A DNA stretch of 64,000 nucleotides. Source: Gnetum montanum. Lineage: Eukaryota > Plantae > Gnetophyta. The stretch covers positions 62,001 through 126,000 of the forward strand of contig MNCI01002977.1 of assembly GCA_015680685.1 (NCBI GenBank), written 5' to 3'. Below the pieces are notes generated by a model. It was not told where the DNA came from. It saw only the letters and a program-made list of their open reading frames with translations, and did no database searches. Positions 38,301 to 51,010 of this stretch are shown here, in pieces. A program made the translations under genes and the position numbers. Position 1 is the stretch's first letter. Every line of letters begins with the position of its first letter.

Positions 38301-39410
38301 AACGGAGCCCATTGATTTGGACACAGTGGAGCCTCCATATGATGGGGCAGTCGTGCCACGTCACATTTATGAGGAGATGCGTAAATGTGCGTTACGCTCG
38401 ACACACTCCTTATGGGAGAGTAAAGGCATCAATGAAGGCCTTTGGAAAAGGCTGCAGAGGTTAGAGCAGAGGATTGAGGCTCTGACCAAAGAGGTTGGAG
38501 ACCTGAGGTCACGATGCGAATTCCTACAGGCCCGGGAGACGGGCGATGAAGATTGGCGTACCGCTATTATCGACTACTCCCGTTATTGGACCGCCATCAA
38601 AAACAACGTGCAAACCAGTCGGGCGTTGGTAGAGCAACAAATGCAGATAGAGCTCCTAGCTCAGAAAAGCCAGGATTGGAGGGATTACTGTGCAAGCATG
38701 CAAGAGTGGGGGCAGAAGGAAAAGGACCACAAACATTTGTATAAGCGAGAAAGCATCGCTTATCGTAAACTTTATCGCGATTCTGCCGTCAAAGCTCAAT
38801 CCTTGGAAGTCTTCCTTGACGTTATTGGAGCATCTAAGGTCTTCAAGAAGTTGGAAGAGCAAGTGACTGTAAGTGCATCCTCGGAAAGGGAGATGACTCT
38901 CCCAGGGGGCTAGACTACAGTCCCTACATTCTTCCCGGACCCACCTCGCTGGACTGACGTAGAGAAAGAGAAGGTGAAGGCTGGAGCTGCCCTGGGAGAT
39001 GATGTGTGGTCGGACCTAACTAAGGAGGAAATTATGAAGCGCCTATGGGCCGGCCTAGAAAAGATTCCTTTTGCTGCCGAAGCAGGGCCATCGTGAGTAA
39101 TTTTGATCATGGCTAAGTCTAAATTTTTCTATTGCGTTGTTAAGTTTTGTCTTGCTAATATGTTTTCTATATCTAGGTACCCGAAGAGGATAGAGAAGGT
39201 GAGCCGGTTGAGGAGCAAGCACAGGACGAAGAACGCGGAGATGAAGGGCACCCTCCCGTGGAGCCGATACTAGAGCAGGGACCTCATGAAGAGGAGATTC
39301 CTTGTGAAGGAATACTTCCCAGGAGAGAAGGCCTACTAGAGGAGGATCTATCAGGTCTAGAGCCTAATTTAAGAGACACTGGTGACAACGGCATTAGGGG
39401 AGATGCGTAA
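35333..39410 (+). pseudogene. Antisense multi-exon gene of C (about 8-9 predicted exons): FCP1/NIF-like domain 35736-36181, helical domain ~36690-37430, acidic linker, coiled coil ~38430-38870
   Basis: Predicted introns include 36182-36266, ~36542-36643, 37681-37773, 38002-38071, ~38201-38278 and ~39093-39176; protein homology to the B and D copies. The 5' exons are least certain. Confidence 0.8.
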
Positions 39411-39981
39411 TTGTGGTTTACGCATAGTTTTGTTGATGTGAAGTCAAGTAGTGTTTTGTGAATGACTGAAAGACGCGCTATAAGACCTTCTGGTATTTTT
39501 AAATGTCAATTATTATTTTTTTGTCTTTTATGTTTTTATCTTCAAAGCATAAGCGTAATTGTTAAGGATTTTGCCTAAGTTATGGCGATGGAATAGAAGA
39601 GCTAGTTTAAGGCCATTGCGGGCCATATGCGTAATCTGGAGACTAGTTTTAAGCCGTTACGGGCCATCATAGGAGTCTGCGTAGACTAGAAATTAGTTTA
39701 AGGCCGTTACGGGCCATGACGGGCATTCGCGTAATCTGGAAACTGGCCATGACGTAATATAGGAAGCGTAAATGATGACAGTATATAATTCTGCGTAATT
39801 AGGCTAAAGTGATTAAGCAACATGAATAACGTACGTAAAAGAAATGCAATAGCGTAAAGAGATGGCAAGCGTAAAAACTGAAAACTTTTATAGCGTAAAC
39901 ATGTATTGAATGAAAAACAAACTGCTGAATGCAAATAGCGATAGCTGATAAAAATGTAATAATGTGCGTAAATGCCATTCT

Positions 39982-42900
39982 TCAACCATCAATCCTCAGT
40001 TGTCTCTTAATGGCCTTCACATTGAGTGTTGCGTAAGGGCGGAGGGGTTTACGCTCTGACTCCTCCATGTCACCATCCTGAAATGGTAGGTCGGCCCAGG
40101 CTAGCCTTTCATCATTGGTGTCAATTTGTTGAGGGGTTTGGAGATGGGTCTGATCATCCGATGTTTCTATCTCCAAACCTCATTCTTCTTCAATGTTATT
40201 GACAGTCCTGGGGGTGATTTCATCACCGCGAATTACGACCTCTCCTCCAGTGTAGGGTAGGTGTATCTCTTGGTGTATCGATGATGAAACCACCCTCAGC
40301 TGGGCTAACCACGATCTCCCTAAGATCAAGTTGAATCCAGGCATCTCCTCGACGACTAGGAATGTGGCCTCTCTTGGGAATTGATCTCCTGCCACAAATT
40401 CGATACGGACCGTCCCTTTGACCTGAACCTTTGCCCCATTGAACGATTTTACGCAAGCTGTCGTTGTGGGAGCGATTTGGTCACCCAGACCTAACCTATC
40501 CACGATGGAATAAGGAACGACGTTTGTAGCTGTGCCATCGTCCACGTGTACCCTCCGGATTCAGTACTGACCAAACCGAATGGTGATGAACATGGGTTCA
40601 GTTGTCACCTGACCTTTCTCAGGATCGTCTTTGATAGACTCGTCATGAAAGGTCAGCGAGGTAGGCCTAGATTGCTCAGCTTCAGAAGGAAACATGACAG
40701 CATGTATCGCTTCCTCCTCTGCTGGCAAGCTTTCATCCACCAATATGGATGTAAGCATGCGGACCATAGCCTCACGGTGTTCCCAGGATGTCATGAGCAG
40801 GTCGTAGAGGCTCAGCGTTGTATTTTTTTGTTTGAGAGCCTGTTTGACCTACTTAAACGCATCGAGGAGGTCCTTCTCTCGACTGGGTTGTTTATCTCCC
40901 TTGTCCTCTTCCATTCGGCCCAAGAGACGAATCTCTTGAGGTGGAACGGTGTCAGTGGTGGGATTGTTCTTTTTTTTGCCAAGAAGAGGTGGTTGCGTTT
41001 CCACGCCTTTATTCTACTTTTGAGGTACAGGCGAAGGCACAGAGGCCAGGGGCCTAGGCTTAGGGAAGCCGAGCGTAAAATGATCTTTCGTCGCGTTAAT
41101 AGATGTGTCCGCTCCCTTTTGTTTGTCAGGCGACAGTTGACGATTTTGGTTATAGGTCTGCCCCTGCATAAGAGGGGTAGCCGGTGGTTTTGGCACCCTG
41201 ATTATGAAAGGCACCCTAGGCATGGGCGCGAATGAGGCCGCGGCTCTACTGTTACTGCATGGCTGAGTGGAGTTCTGAGAAGGTGCACAGATGATAAAAG
41301 GTGGCCTTGAAGCACCACTAGCTGTCGATGAAGGGTTTGCCTCCTTGTGTGAGTTGGTAGGTACACGCAAAATAAATGGTTGTTTGGGTGGTACTTTCCT
41401 CTCACCGTCCGTACTCACTACGTTGATTGTATAAGGTGCGTCGTTTACATTCAACGAATCCTTATACACGTGCAATTCTTGGTTTTCTGGACGTCTTGGA
41501 CTACTACCGTCTAGTTTTAGATGACCGTCATCGATCATGCATTGAATGTCGTCCTTCAATGCCCAGCAGTAATCCGTGTCGTGACCACATAGCTAGTGGT
41601 AGTCATAGAAATGGTCCAGCCTGAAAGATCTCGAAACTGGTGATTCGTTAGGCAGGGCTAGAGAAGGGTTCTTCAGCAATTCACAATGACGTCTGTGACG
41701 CTTCAGAGCTTCTTCGGATACCCTTTTGGGTTGAATGTGTCCTGACCCTAACAATTGTTTCAACTGTTCTGAATGCTTTACAGGGAGGGTTGTATACTTT
41801 GAGCGATCTTTACGTTCAAAGTTTGGTTTTGGCTGGGGGGCCTTTCAGCGGAAACTTTGTCTTGCCCAGTGCTGCCCGTGCTGGCTGAGACCGTGGTCTC
41901 AGGAGGCGCTGTAGGTGCCTTCTTGTTCTTGTTCTTTGTGCCCTCAGCCAACGCAGCTACTGTCGTCGTCCTTGCCTTCCCTTTATCCTTAGCCTTGTTG
42001 TGCGCATTCTTGTAGGCGACATACACTGGGTCTTTGCTAGCCTCTGCAGCATCTTGAATGCTTCTGATTTGAGCGAAGGCCTGATGTAAAGAGCTAGGGA
42101 AAAGATAATACAGCTTTGACTTGATAAAGTCATTGACTGCTCCTTTGAAGATAGCCAGTAGATGTGAGTCCACGATCGGCTCACGGATTTCATTCAGAGT
42201 AGCACTCCAACGCTGTATGAACTTGTGGACAGGTTCGAGCGGGTCTTGTTTCACCCTCGTGAGCTGATCCAACGTGACTTCCGGCTTTAAGTTGTATTTA
42301 AATCGGGTCACGAATTGTGTCTGTAGCTCTTCCAAGGTTGAGATGGAAGAGCGTGGGAGGGCTCGATAACAATCCAAAGCTTTCCCTGTTAAAGACATGG
42401 CAAAGACTCAGATAATCGTGTGTGGCCACTGTTGTAACAACAAGGACTCAGATCTGAAGGTGACCAAGTGAGCATTAGGATCTCCCTCCCCATTATACTT
42501 GGTAAAATGAGGCAAGGACATCCCCGGTGGCAACGACAGCATAGGGACGGCTGAGTTAATAGGATCATCTTGGTAAAATTCCATGATCTGTACAGTGTCT
42601 GAGCCAGCGGCCTTAAGGTGCCTAACCTCCTCAGTGAGGGTTTGAATAAGTAAAAAGGCTTGGTCTAAACCTGTTGATGGAGGCACCTGCGCAGGAGGAG
42701 CAGGGTGCTGACTCGGGAGAGCAGTGCTAGGGAGTGGAAATGGTGGAATGGCTTGCCCGGAAGATGGTGGGGAGGGGATCCCTACAGGCAGGGGGGCCTA
42801 TGAAGACCACCACCCACCGGTTTGTGAAGAGAGGTTAGCCGCCCCCTGCTGCGCGAAATAGGGATAGGGATATTGCAGGACCGTCTGCGGAACCTGTGTC

Positions 42901-43778
42901 GTGGGTGCAACCAAGGGCTACACACCATATACCACAGGCTGGTTATGTTGCGCTGCGGGATTGGCCCATTGACTCATGGCAGGCTGTTGAATATATGTTT
43001 GAGGCTAAACGACTGCGGTGATATGTTGGGTTGGAGGGGGCAGAAGTGATAAAGTCTGCACCGGGCAAGTTGTGGATATGGTGTGGGATTGAATTTGAGG
43101 GATGAAATCGGGCGTGGTGGTCGCTAGAACCACTACCGGAATGCTGAGTACACGTGGTGAAGATACCGTTCCCATGTTATTGTGGGGTATTTGTACTTGC
43201 AGCCTAGACGGCTGCACGGTGGCTTGCGGAACGACAGGGATATGCATCTGTGTGGTCATGGCTGGGTTAAGAGGGGTGGCTTCTCCGTTGAGCAGGAATG
43301 ATGGATTGACGTAAGTATGGGGGCTCAGAGTGTGGTATGAGTGCTCAGATTGGGCCGCAAACTCATCATCTTCTTCCTCCCCATTCTGGGGTTCCGTCAT
43401 AGCCCGCATAGCCTGGCTCTTGGCCATGACCAACTGTGTTATAATCTCATGTTGATGTTCGGTCAAAGGAATGATGTTGTAGGCTGTTGGGGTGAAATCC
43501 TGACCCCCTCGATGGATCATCTCAAAGTTTCGTTTTGCTTCGATCTCAGCTCGGCTGAGAGCCAGCTTCGCTTGGATCTTAACACAGATAAAGTTATATT
43601 CTTCAGGTGTTATGACCGTGAAAACAGGCTCTTTACCTTGCAGTCTCAATGATCGATGCGATGGTCCTTGCGGTCCTGCTGCACCAAGAGCTGGCCTGGT
43701 GACAGCGATAGGGTTCACAGATGTGGCACCCATATCGGCAGGGACCATGGCGGTTGTGGTTGTGTAAAATGAATCCAT
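39982..43778 (-). pseudogene. gag: gag-protease remnant of element C
   Basis: KYNGEGDPNAHLVTF, SLTGKALDCYRALPRSSI, knuckle near 41560-41610, protease HVDDGTATNVVP...FNLILGRSWL; ends with a stop at 39982. Confidence 0.92.
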
Positions 43779-43997
43779 TAATCAAGGAGATTAACAATAA
43801 CTGACGACTGGATCTAAAAGATGGCTGGCAAAAAGATCGCGGATAAGCTTTCTACCCTGTAGGATTCCAAAGGAATCGTTCCTGTGACCGATCTACACCA
43901 CGTGATTTGCCGTAGACTTCCCTAGAGGTATTACGTCTATGGTTTTGGGTATAAATCACTAACAAGGCTACCCGAAAAATATGGATCGGAGCCAAGG

Positions 43998-44014
43998 CCC
44001 TCCTTCTAGTGCCA
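43998..44014 (-). promoter_or_regulatory. PBS of C (tRNA-Asn)
   Basis: Minus strand TGGCACTAGAAGGAGGG, 6 nt from the LTR end. Confidence 0.88.
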
Positions 44015-44020
44015 GAAAAC

Positions 44021-45602
44021 TGTAACGATGAAAAATGTCGGCAGCTGGAAAATACCAAACAAAATTCTGTGTACACATTTTTAACCACGGATCCGTACGA
44101 GGGCTATGCTAGAAAAATGAATTCGTGGCACCCTGAATGGTCTTGTCGATCAGACAGGGACTTACTAAATCAGTAAACCGATGGAAATTACGAATGTTGG
44201 GTGGAACGATTTGATTCGACGAGTCGCGAAATGGAGGGAAAACAACGTAGATGAATTATAATGATGGTAACACAAACATAGTAAGAGGAAGCAGACACGA
44301 AAGAAACGTGTGGTTTCAAGATCTACGCTTTGACTTGAAGAATGAATATTTTGTATACCACGTTACAGCGGGGAGACCCCGATTACTTGGTGTAAAGTAA
44401 ACACAAAATAACAAGAAAGCTGCCTAAGCAGAAGTACAGAATGGAGTCCGATCTACCTCGTAAGCCAGAGGTGGGATGCAAGGAAGGTCAAGTTCTGATG
44501 TCTATCAATCAACTGCTTCTGATCAATAGAGCTTGCAAACCGTGCCAGATGATCTTGCGATCTCTGATCTGCTCCTTTTGCCTTGGGTAGTCTCTACTCG
44601 GAACTACCAGCAATCACAAATGGAGAAAGTTGTGTCTTCACCAACGGACCAATTGCTCCTACTGCCAATGCTCAAGGAAAATAAGCTCTATCTCTGTTAG
44701 AATGTGATGCTGTCAAAAATTGCCAAAGTGCTACTCTCTCTATTTCTGTCTCTTGTTGTGTATCTCCCGTCGTCTTCCTGTCCATCTCTTTATGTTTTCG
44801 CTAACTGAAGTATTTATAGGTTTGAAAACATGTGGAGAAGGCCTGGCTATGATAACACGTGTCTCAGACCTTTCGAGATGCCGTTGACCTAACCCTCTTT
44901 GTGTTGAACTTTGTGATAATGCAAAATACGCTCATTTGCGTACTGTGCGTGTGAATAACAGATGTGCGTCGGGCATGTTTTAGCTGACTTTGGGCTATAT
45001 TACGCTCATTCGCGTTGCGTCGCGTGCAAGAGTGTAACAAAGCATGAAAACAAAGGGTTCAAGCTATTTTATGCTCGCTTGCGTTGCCGAGCGTAGTGAA
45101 GCGTAAATGATGATTAGCTTGGTGATGAATTACGCTGAGATACGTTGCGTTGCGTAACGAGCGTAAGGTGATCCATCTGCAAGAAAGGGAAAAGAGTTGA
45201 TCTGTTGCGCTTCTTCTGGACTTTCTTTTACTTTTTCGAAGCTCATTACGCTACCATGCGTAACAGAGCGTAAACTCGGCCTTGGACAAAAGACTTAGCA
45301 AAATACACGAGAAGTCACATATTACGCTGCTTAAGCCTCTCCAGATGCTGAAGTAAGTCGCCTTCTAATATTAGACTATGTTGAACAGAATCACGCTAAG
45401 CGTCATTATGCTATGTCACGTGATATAGCGTACAGAGAGAAAACATAGTGATATTCGAAATCTGCAAAGGAAATCGAAGACTTGATGCTACGTGCCTTTT
45501 TGCCTTACTCTGCCTTGTTCTTCCTTCTTGAATTCTGACATGTGCTCTCGCCTGATCGCGAATCTTTGCCTGAGGCCGACTCACAATTTTCATGGTGTTT
45601 CA
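44021..45602 (-). repeat. 5' LTR of element C (1582 bp)
   Basis: Direct repeat of 28159-29740, differing mostly by transitions. Confidence 0.97.
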
Positions 45603-45711
45603 ACAAGGGAACTCATTCACAACATAGACGCTACAACCCACAAACGTGGCTCACACTGTAAATCATGCAATGGCACAACTCACACTGCAGAAGCAATTGA
45701 GAAGTAGTGCT

Positions 45712-46045
45712 AGAACAAAAATCACAGTTTCCCTAGGTAACTCACGCCGAGACAAAAAAATCATAGTTTCCCTGGGTAACTCACGCCTAGACACAAAAAT
45801 CGCAGTTTCCCTGGGATACTCATGTCTAGGCAAAAACAAAAATAAAAAATCAACAAAAATCAGCTTTCTCTAGGATACTCACACCCAGGCCAAAAAACAA
45901 AAAATTAGCAAAAATTAGCTTTCCCTGGGATACTCATGCCCAGGCCAAAAAAACAAAAAATCAGCAAAAATCAAGTTTCCTGTGGCGCTCATGCAAATCA
46001 GAAAAAATAGGTTTTCTATGGGATGCTAACACCCAGGCACAAAAA
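45712..46045. repeat. Tandem array (aaaatcRcagtttccctggRtaactcacgcc...) in spacer of B
   Basis: About 7 degenerate copies of 38-55 bp. Confidence 0.8.
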
Positions 46046-46532
46046 TAAATCTTTTCTCTACGCATTCTTGCCCTGTTTCCCCCGCACACACCTTGCAATA
46101 TGCATTCGTGCCCTATTCAACACCAAAATAACGTCCCTTAAACCTCTGCACCCAACTCACGCCCTCACCACTCACGTTGAGCATGTCCTGGGTCACTCTG
46201 GCTGATCCTCTGCAATGAATGAATAGTATAAAAATAAGAAATTTTACAGGATTGAGCATTTCCTGGCCATTCTTTACCTTTCCCACACTCACGCCATCGC
46301 ATAAAATAGCAACCACAAAAAAGTAGCAAATATTAAGACCCTAGTGACGTCCTAGACATCCAAAATGTGCTACAGAATGCAGCAAAAAATTCATGATAAC
46401 AGATCACACTGAAAAAACCCATGATCCAATAAAATTCTCACTCTGTAAATGTAGCAAAAAAAAATGGAAGCGCTAATGGCTCACGCCAGTATTCATGCTA
46501 TGATAAAATGGCAAGAAGGAAAGAAAACATAA

Positions 46533-46654
46533 CTACGCAGGGTCCCTGCCCATGACGAAACCCTAGGTTGAGGAAGGAGTTGGAGTAGTTCTTTTCTCTC
46601 TGCCATGAACGCCAAGCTTGCCTGCTTCTTCCCTTTGCCTCCCTTTCCCTTCAT
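46533..46654 (-). pseudogene. Putative first exon of B's antisense gene
   Basis: MKGKGGKGKKQASLAFMAERKELLQLLPQPRVSSWAGTLR; homologs in A and D end at CAG|GTA; the donor is mutated here. Confidence 0.6.
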
Positions 46655-47203
46655 CCTACTCATGCTGCACACCCTACCCTGTAACTCATGCTGCCCTGCC
46701 CTGTTTCCCATGCTATCTTGCACGCCCTATAACTCACGCTACCCTCTGTAAATCATGCTACGCTATGCACCCAGTTAGTCACACTGCCAACACTAACTCA
46801 CACCATGCCCTTTTAAATTCCTTTGGCACGCCTGATTCAGTTTAGTTCACTTTATTTCCCTTCTCTTCTATTTTACTTTGTTCTGCCTTTTTTTTTAATT
46901 TATTACTCACTTTTTTTCCATTTTCATGTTCTCAGGATAGTTTTCTTTTCATTTTTTTTATAAAGTAAGGCATAAATAAAAAAAAGAGCATGAAGACTGA
47001 ATATCTATGAAACCATGAACATCATTACACTATTATTTACATGAAACATGAATGCCATGGATGACTTGGTATGGCCTAAAACTGCAATTACATTCCACAA
47101 TTTCGTTAGACTAGTCATGTGAAACTCATCTATACTTAAAACCTTCCTCATCAAGAAAATGTTGCTCACTCTAGTCCTGGTTTAAATTGGCAGGAACAAG
47201 CAT

Positions 47204-50200
47204 ATGGATAGCAACAACCTCTTTTCAACGTTGTCTATCAATGGACCTCACGGGGCCATAAAAAGAGCGATTAATCTAGAATCCTTAGATCTAGACTCAT
47301 ATACTCATGCTAATTTCGTGGCATCCACTCAAGAAACATTAGACTACCCTGAGGGTATGACTAAAAATTTAGACTTAGAAGCCAAGAACATCATTGAAGA
47401 TCCCCTCGTTGAAGTCCCCATCACTATGTCTAGTGGCGAAGTTAAAACATTAAAACTGAGTACTCTACTAAACCCACAACTTGCCAATGACATTACACAA
47501 GTGCTGAAGAACAACATCAAAACATTCGCTTGGTCATATACCGATATGCCAGGACCAGACCCTCGACTCATCAAGCATAACATCATCCTCGATGAAAAAC
47601 TCAGACCAATAAAGCAAAAAGCACAAAAGGTTAAACCTAAGGTAGCATTGGCATTTCATAACAAAGTCACGAAGCTCTACCAAGCCGGCTTCATCCGAGC
47701 TGTTGACTATGCCGATTGGGTATCCAACATTGTTGTAGTTCCCAAGAAGAATAGCAACAGTCGCATATGCATTGACTTCCATGACCTCAACATAGCCACT
47801 ATAAAGGATGACTTCCTGCTACCCAGTATCGATCAACTCGTTAACTCAACTACTTGGCATGCATTCTTATCCTTCATGGACAGATTTTCAGGATACAACC
47901 AAATCAGGATCAACCCGAAACACCAACTCAGGACAACCTTCATGACACCTTGGGGCATGTTCTATTATACAATGATGCCATTCAGTCTCAAAAACGTAGG
48001 TGCTACATATCAACAAGCAATGACATATATATTTAGCGATTATATGCTTGATTCGCTCAACAATTATGTAGATGACATCGTAGTCAAGTCCAAAACAACC
48101 GAGCAACACCTAAAGGACCTAGACCTAGTACTCAAACATTGTCTCAAATATGACCTTAGACTTAATCCAAAGAAATGTGTCTTTGGAGTTAAAACGGGCA
48201 AAATTCTTGGCTTCATAGTCTCAGAAACAGGGATACGAGTAGACCTCGATAAGGTTAAAGAAATAACTAGCATGCAACCACCTAAGAACCTTACCGAACT
48301 ACGCGGCCTGCAAGGTAGACTACAATTCATTAGACGTTTTATTGCAAAATTGACAGATAAGTTGAAACCCATGGAGCATTTACTATGAAAGAATGTCCAT
48401 TTTCAATGGACTCAATAGTGCAAAGAAGCCTTTGAGAACATAAAAATGGAGTTGGCTCAACTGCTGATAGTTCATCCCCCACAAAGCAATAAACCTTTTC
48501 ACATCTACCTCGCGACATCTGATTTATCTATTGCATCTATTCTTTGTCAAAAACGAGAAGATGGAATCGAGATCCCCATTTACTATTTAAGCCATGCCTT
48601 AGTTTCCTATGAACAACGATACAACGATGTGGAGAGATCATGTCTTGCCCTGATCTTTTCCTTGAAAAAGTGACAACATTATCTCTTCCATAACCAAGTC
48701 TATATCATTTGCAAAGATACTGTGCTTCGAGCTATCACTAACAACATCTATGAATCAAGTAATATAGCTAGATGGAAGGTGATGATTGCTGAATTTAACC
48801 TACACTATGTAACTCAATCCTCCACTAAGGGTCAAGAAGTAGTCAATCAAATGACCGCTTCACCAACACAAGATCAAGCATCAATTAACCCTGAATTCCC
48901 TGATGATAATATTAACAGCATCAACATTGTGCCTGATAATTACGATATAATCCTTTACTTCGATGGGGCTTCAACCGCCCGAGGAGAAAGTGCTACGGCC
49001 ATCATAATGTATCCCTCTAGAGAAATTTGACCCTTTTCCTATCAACTAACATTCCCTTGTACGAACAACATAGCAGAGTACGAAAGTATTCTTAGAGGTC
49101 TGGTAGCAGCACTAACTTCGAGAATCACATGTCTTGTAGTCTGAGGTGACTCACAATTAGTAATCAATCAAGTCACAAAATTTTACACATGTAAGGCTTC
49201 TCATTTACAACCATACTATGACCTAACCAAACACTTGCTAAAAGAACTGATGAACGTAGATATGCAACATGTTCCTAGAAACGAAAATACCATCGATGAT
49301 GCACTTGCTACACTAGCCTTAAACATGACACCTGAGATGTTCCATACATTACCTACTTCCATAAAAAATTGTACTAAACCCATAACCGACGCTCTCGATG
49401 AAATACCCATAGCATCCGTCAGTACTACACAGAAGATAGAATGGTATGATGACATAAAGGAGTACCTTCTACATGGCGAACCGTCACAACATCTGATGAG
49501 TGCTAAAAAATACATAGTACGAAAACGCTCTCGGCAATATGCATTAATAGGAGACACATTATGTCATAGATCCTATGAAGGAATTCTATTAGTGTGTGTT
49601 AATAGCATTGATGGTCAAACAATCGTGGAATAGATTCACGAAGGACTTTGCGGAGGGCATATAGCACCCAAAGTAATGGCAATGAAAATTAGACATTTGG
49701 GCTACTACTAGCCACACATGGAGTACGATTGTTTCTCCAGGGTCAAGAAATGTAACATTTTCCAAAAGCATGGTAACCTAATACATGTGCCACCTAATGA
49801 GTTGTATACTACACAAATCACATGGCCATTCCAAAGATGGGGATTAAACATCATTGGCTCGATAACACCAACATCCTCAGCAGGACATAGCTTCATCATC
49901 ACCGTGATCGAATATTTCACAAAATCGGTAGAAGCTATTCCTGTTAGAAAAACCACATCTAAACATGTTTGCAATTTCATATTAGAAAACATCGTGACCT
50001 GCTTTGGTATCCTAATGACCATAGTTACCGATAATGGACCACAGTTCAGCAATACGGATACTAAAAGCTTCTATGAAAGCCTAGGTATTAGACACTCGTT
50101 TTCATTGCCCTACTACCCATAGATCAATGGTCAAGTGGAGTCTATGAACAAAAAGATAATCATGGTGCTCAAAAATATGTTGAATCAAAGCAAGAGACGA

Positions 50201-50680
50201 TGGCACAAGCAGTTAATCTATGCACTATGGGCATATCGAACAACGCATCGAACGTCCACAGGTAAGACACCATATAGCCTTGTATACGGATCTGAAGCTG
50301 TGTTACCTTTAGAGTTACAGGTTTCCTTGTTGCAAATAACACTCTCTAGCCTTCTCAATGAAGGTCAGAACAACAAGCTATGCATTGTTGACCTTTACTC
50401 GGTGGAAGAAGAAAGGGTACGAGCGCTTGATCAAATCGAATGGTATGAAAGACAAAAATGGCAACATCATCAACATGATCCACATAAGTAGTTGATCAAC
50501 GAAGGTGACCTAGTTCTCAAGGCAGTCTGCGAACACTCAAAAAAATTCTCAGCTAACTGGGAAGGGCCTTACTTAGTCATCAAAGCATATGATAATGAGG
50601 CATTTAAGCTCGTCGACATGAACGAAAATGAGTTCGCCAATCCTACAAATCACATGTACCTAAAACCATACTACATATGA
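47204..50680 (+). pseudogene. pol: pol remnant of B: RT - RH - aRH - INT
   Basis: 394-aa RT ORF with YVDD; FHIYLATSD; ILYFDGAS; TDNGPQF; WEGPY; internal stops. Confidence 0.95.
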
Positions 50681-50699
50681 TGAGCTTAAGGTACATATT

Positions 50700-51010
50700 G
50701 GTCCCGGCATCATGACCTAAAACTGACACCATAGAATAGTCCTGGAGCTATGACTTAAAACTAGCACCACAGAATGTCTTGGCATCATGACAGTAAACTG
50801 ACACCACATAGTTTAGTCCAGCATGACACTAAATTGCCACGCTTGTCCACCGGAGTCCACTAAGACTATAAATAGGCTTGCCTCTTCATAGTCTACCATG
50901 ACTCTAAACTAGCACTACATCATCTGCTATGATGATAAACAGGCAACATCCAAAGGATTATGATGTGAAACTAATCCACAACAGTCTGCTAAGACTATAA
51001 ACTAGTGACT
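50700..51010 (+). repeat. Post-integrase motif array of B (gtcc..catgacNNNaaactRgca), about 9-10 units
   Basis: Units visible; reverse complement of the C array unit. Confidence 0.75.

Larger units (their letters stand above)
28159..45602 (-). mobile_element. Element C: full-length (17.4 kb) Tat-clade LTR retrotransposon, uninterrupted, pseudogenised
   Basis: TSD ACAAG at 28154-28158 and 45603-45607; two 1582-bp LTRs with TG...CA; PBS, PPT, gag-pro, antisense gene, pol. Confidence 0.97.

Noticed and set aside
35333-39410. Independent host gene
   Set aside because: Lies between the paired LTRs and TSD of C, recurs at the same position in B and D, and carries stops like the rest of the element.
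40546-41235. 229-aa plus-strand ORF and other ORFs opposite gag/pol
   Set aside because: Shadow frames of gag/pol with no recognisable motif and no counterpart in sister elements.
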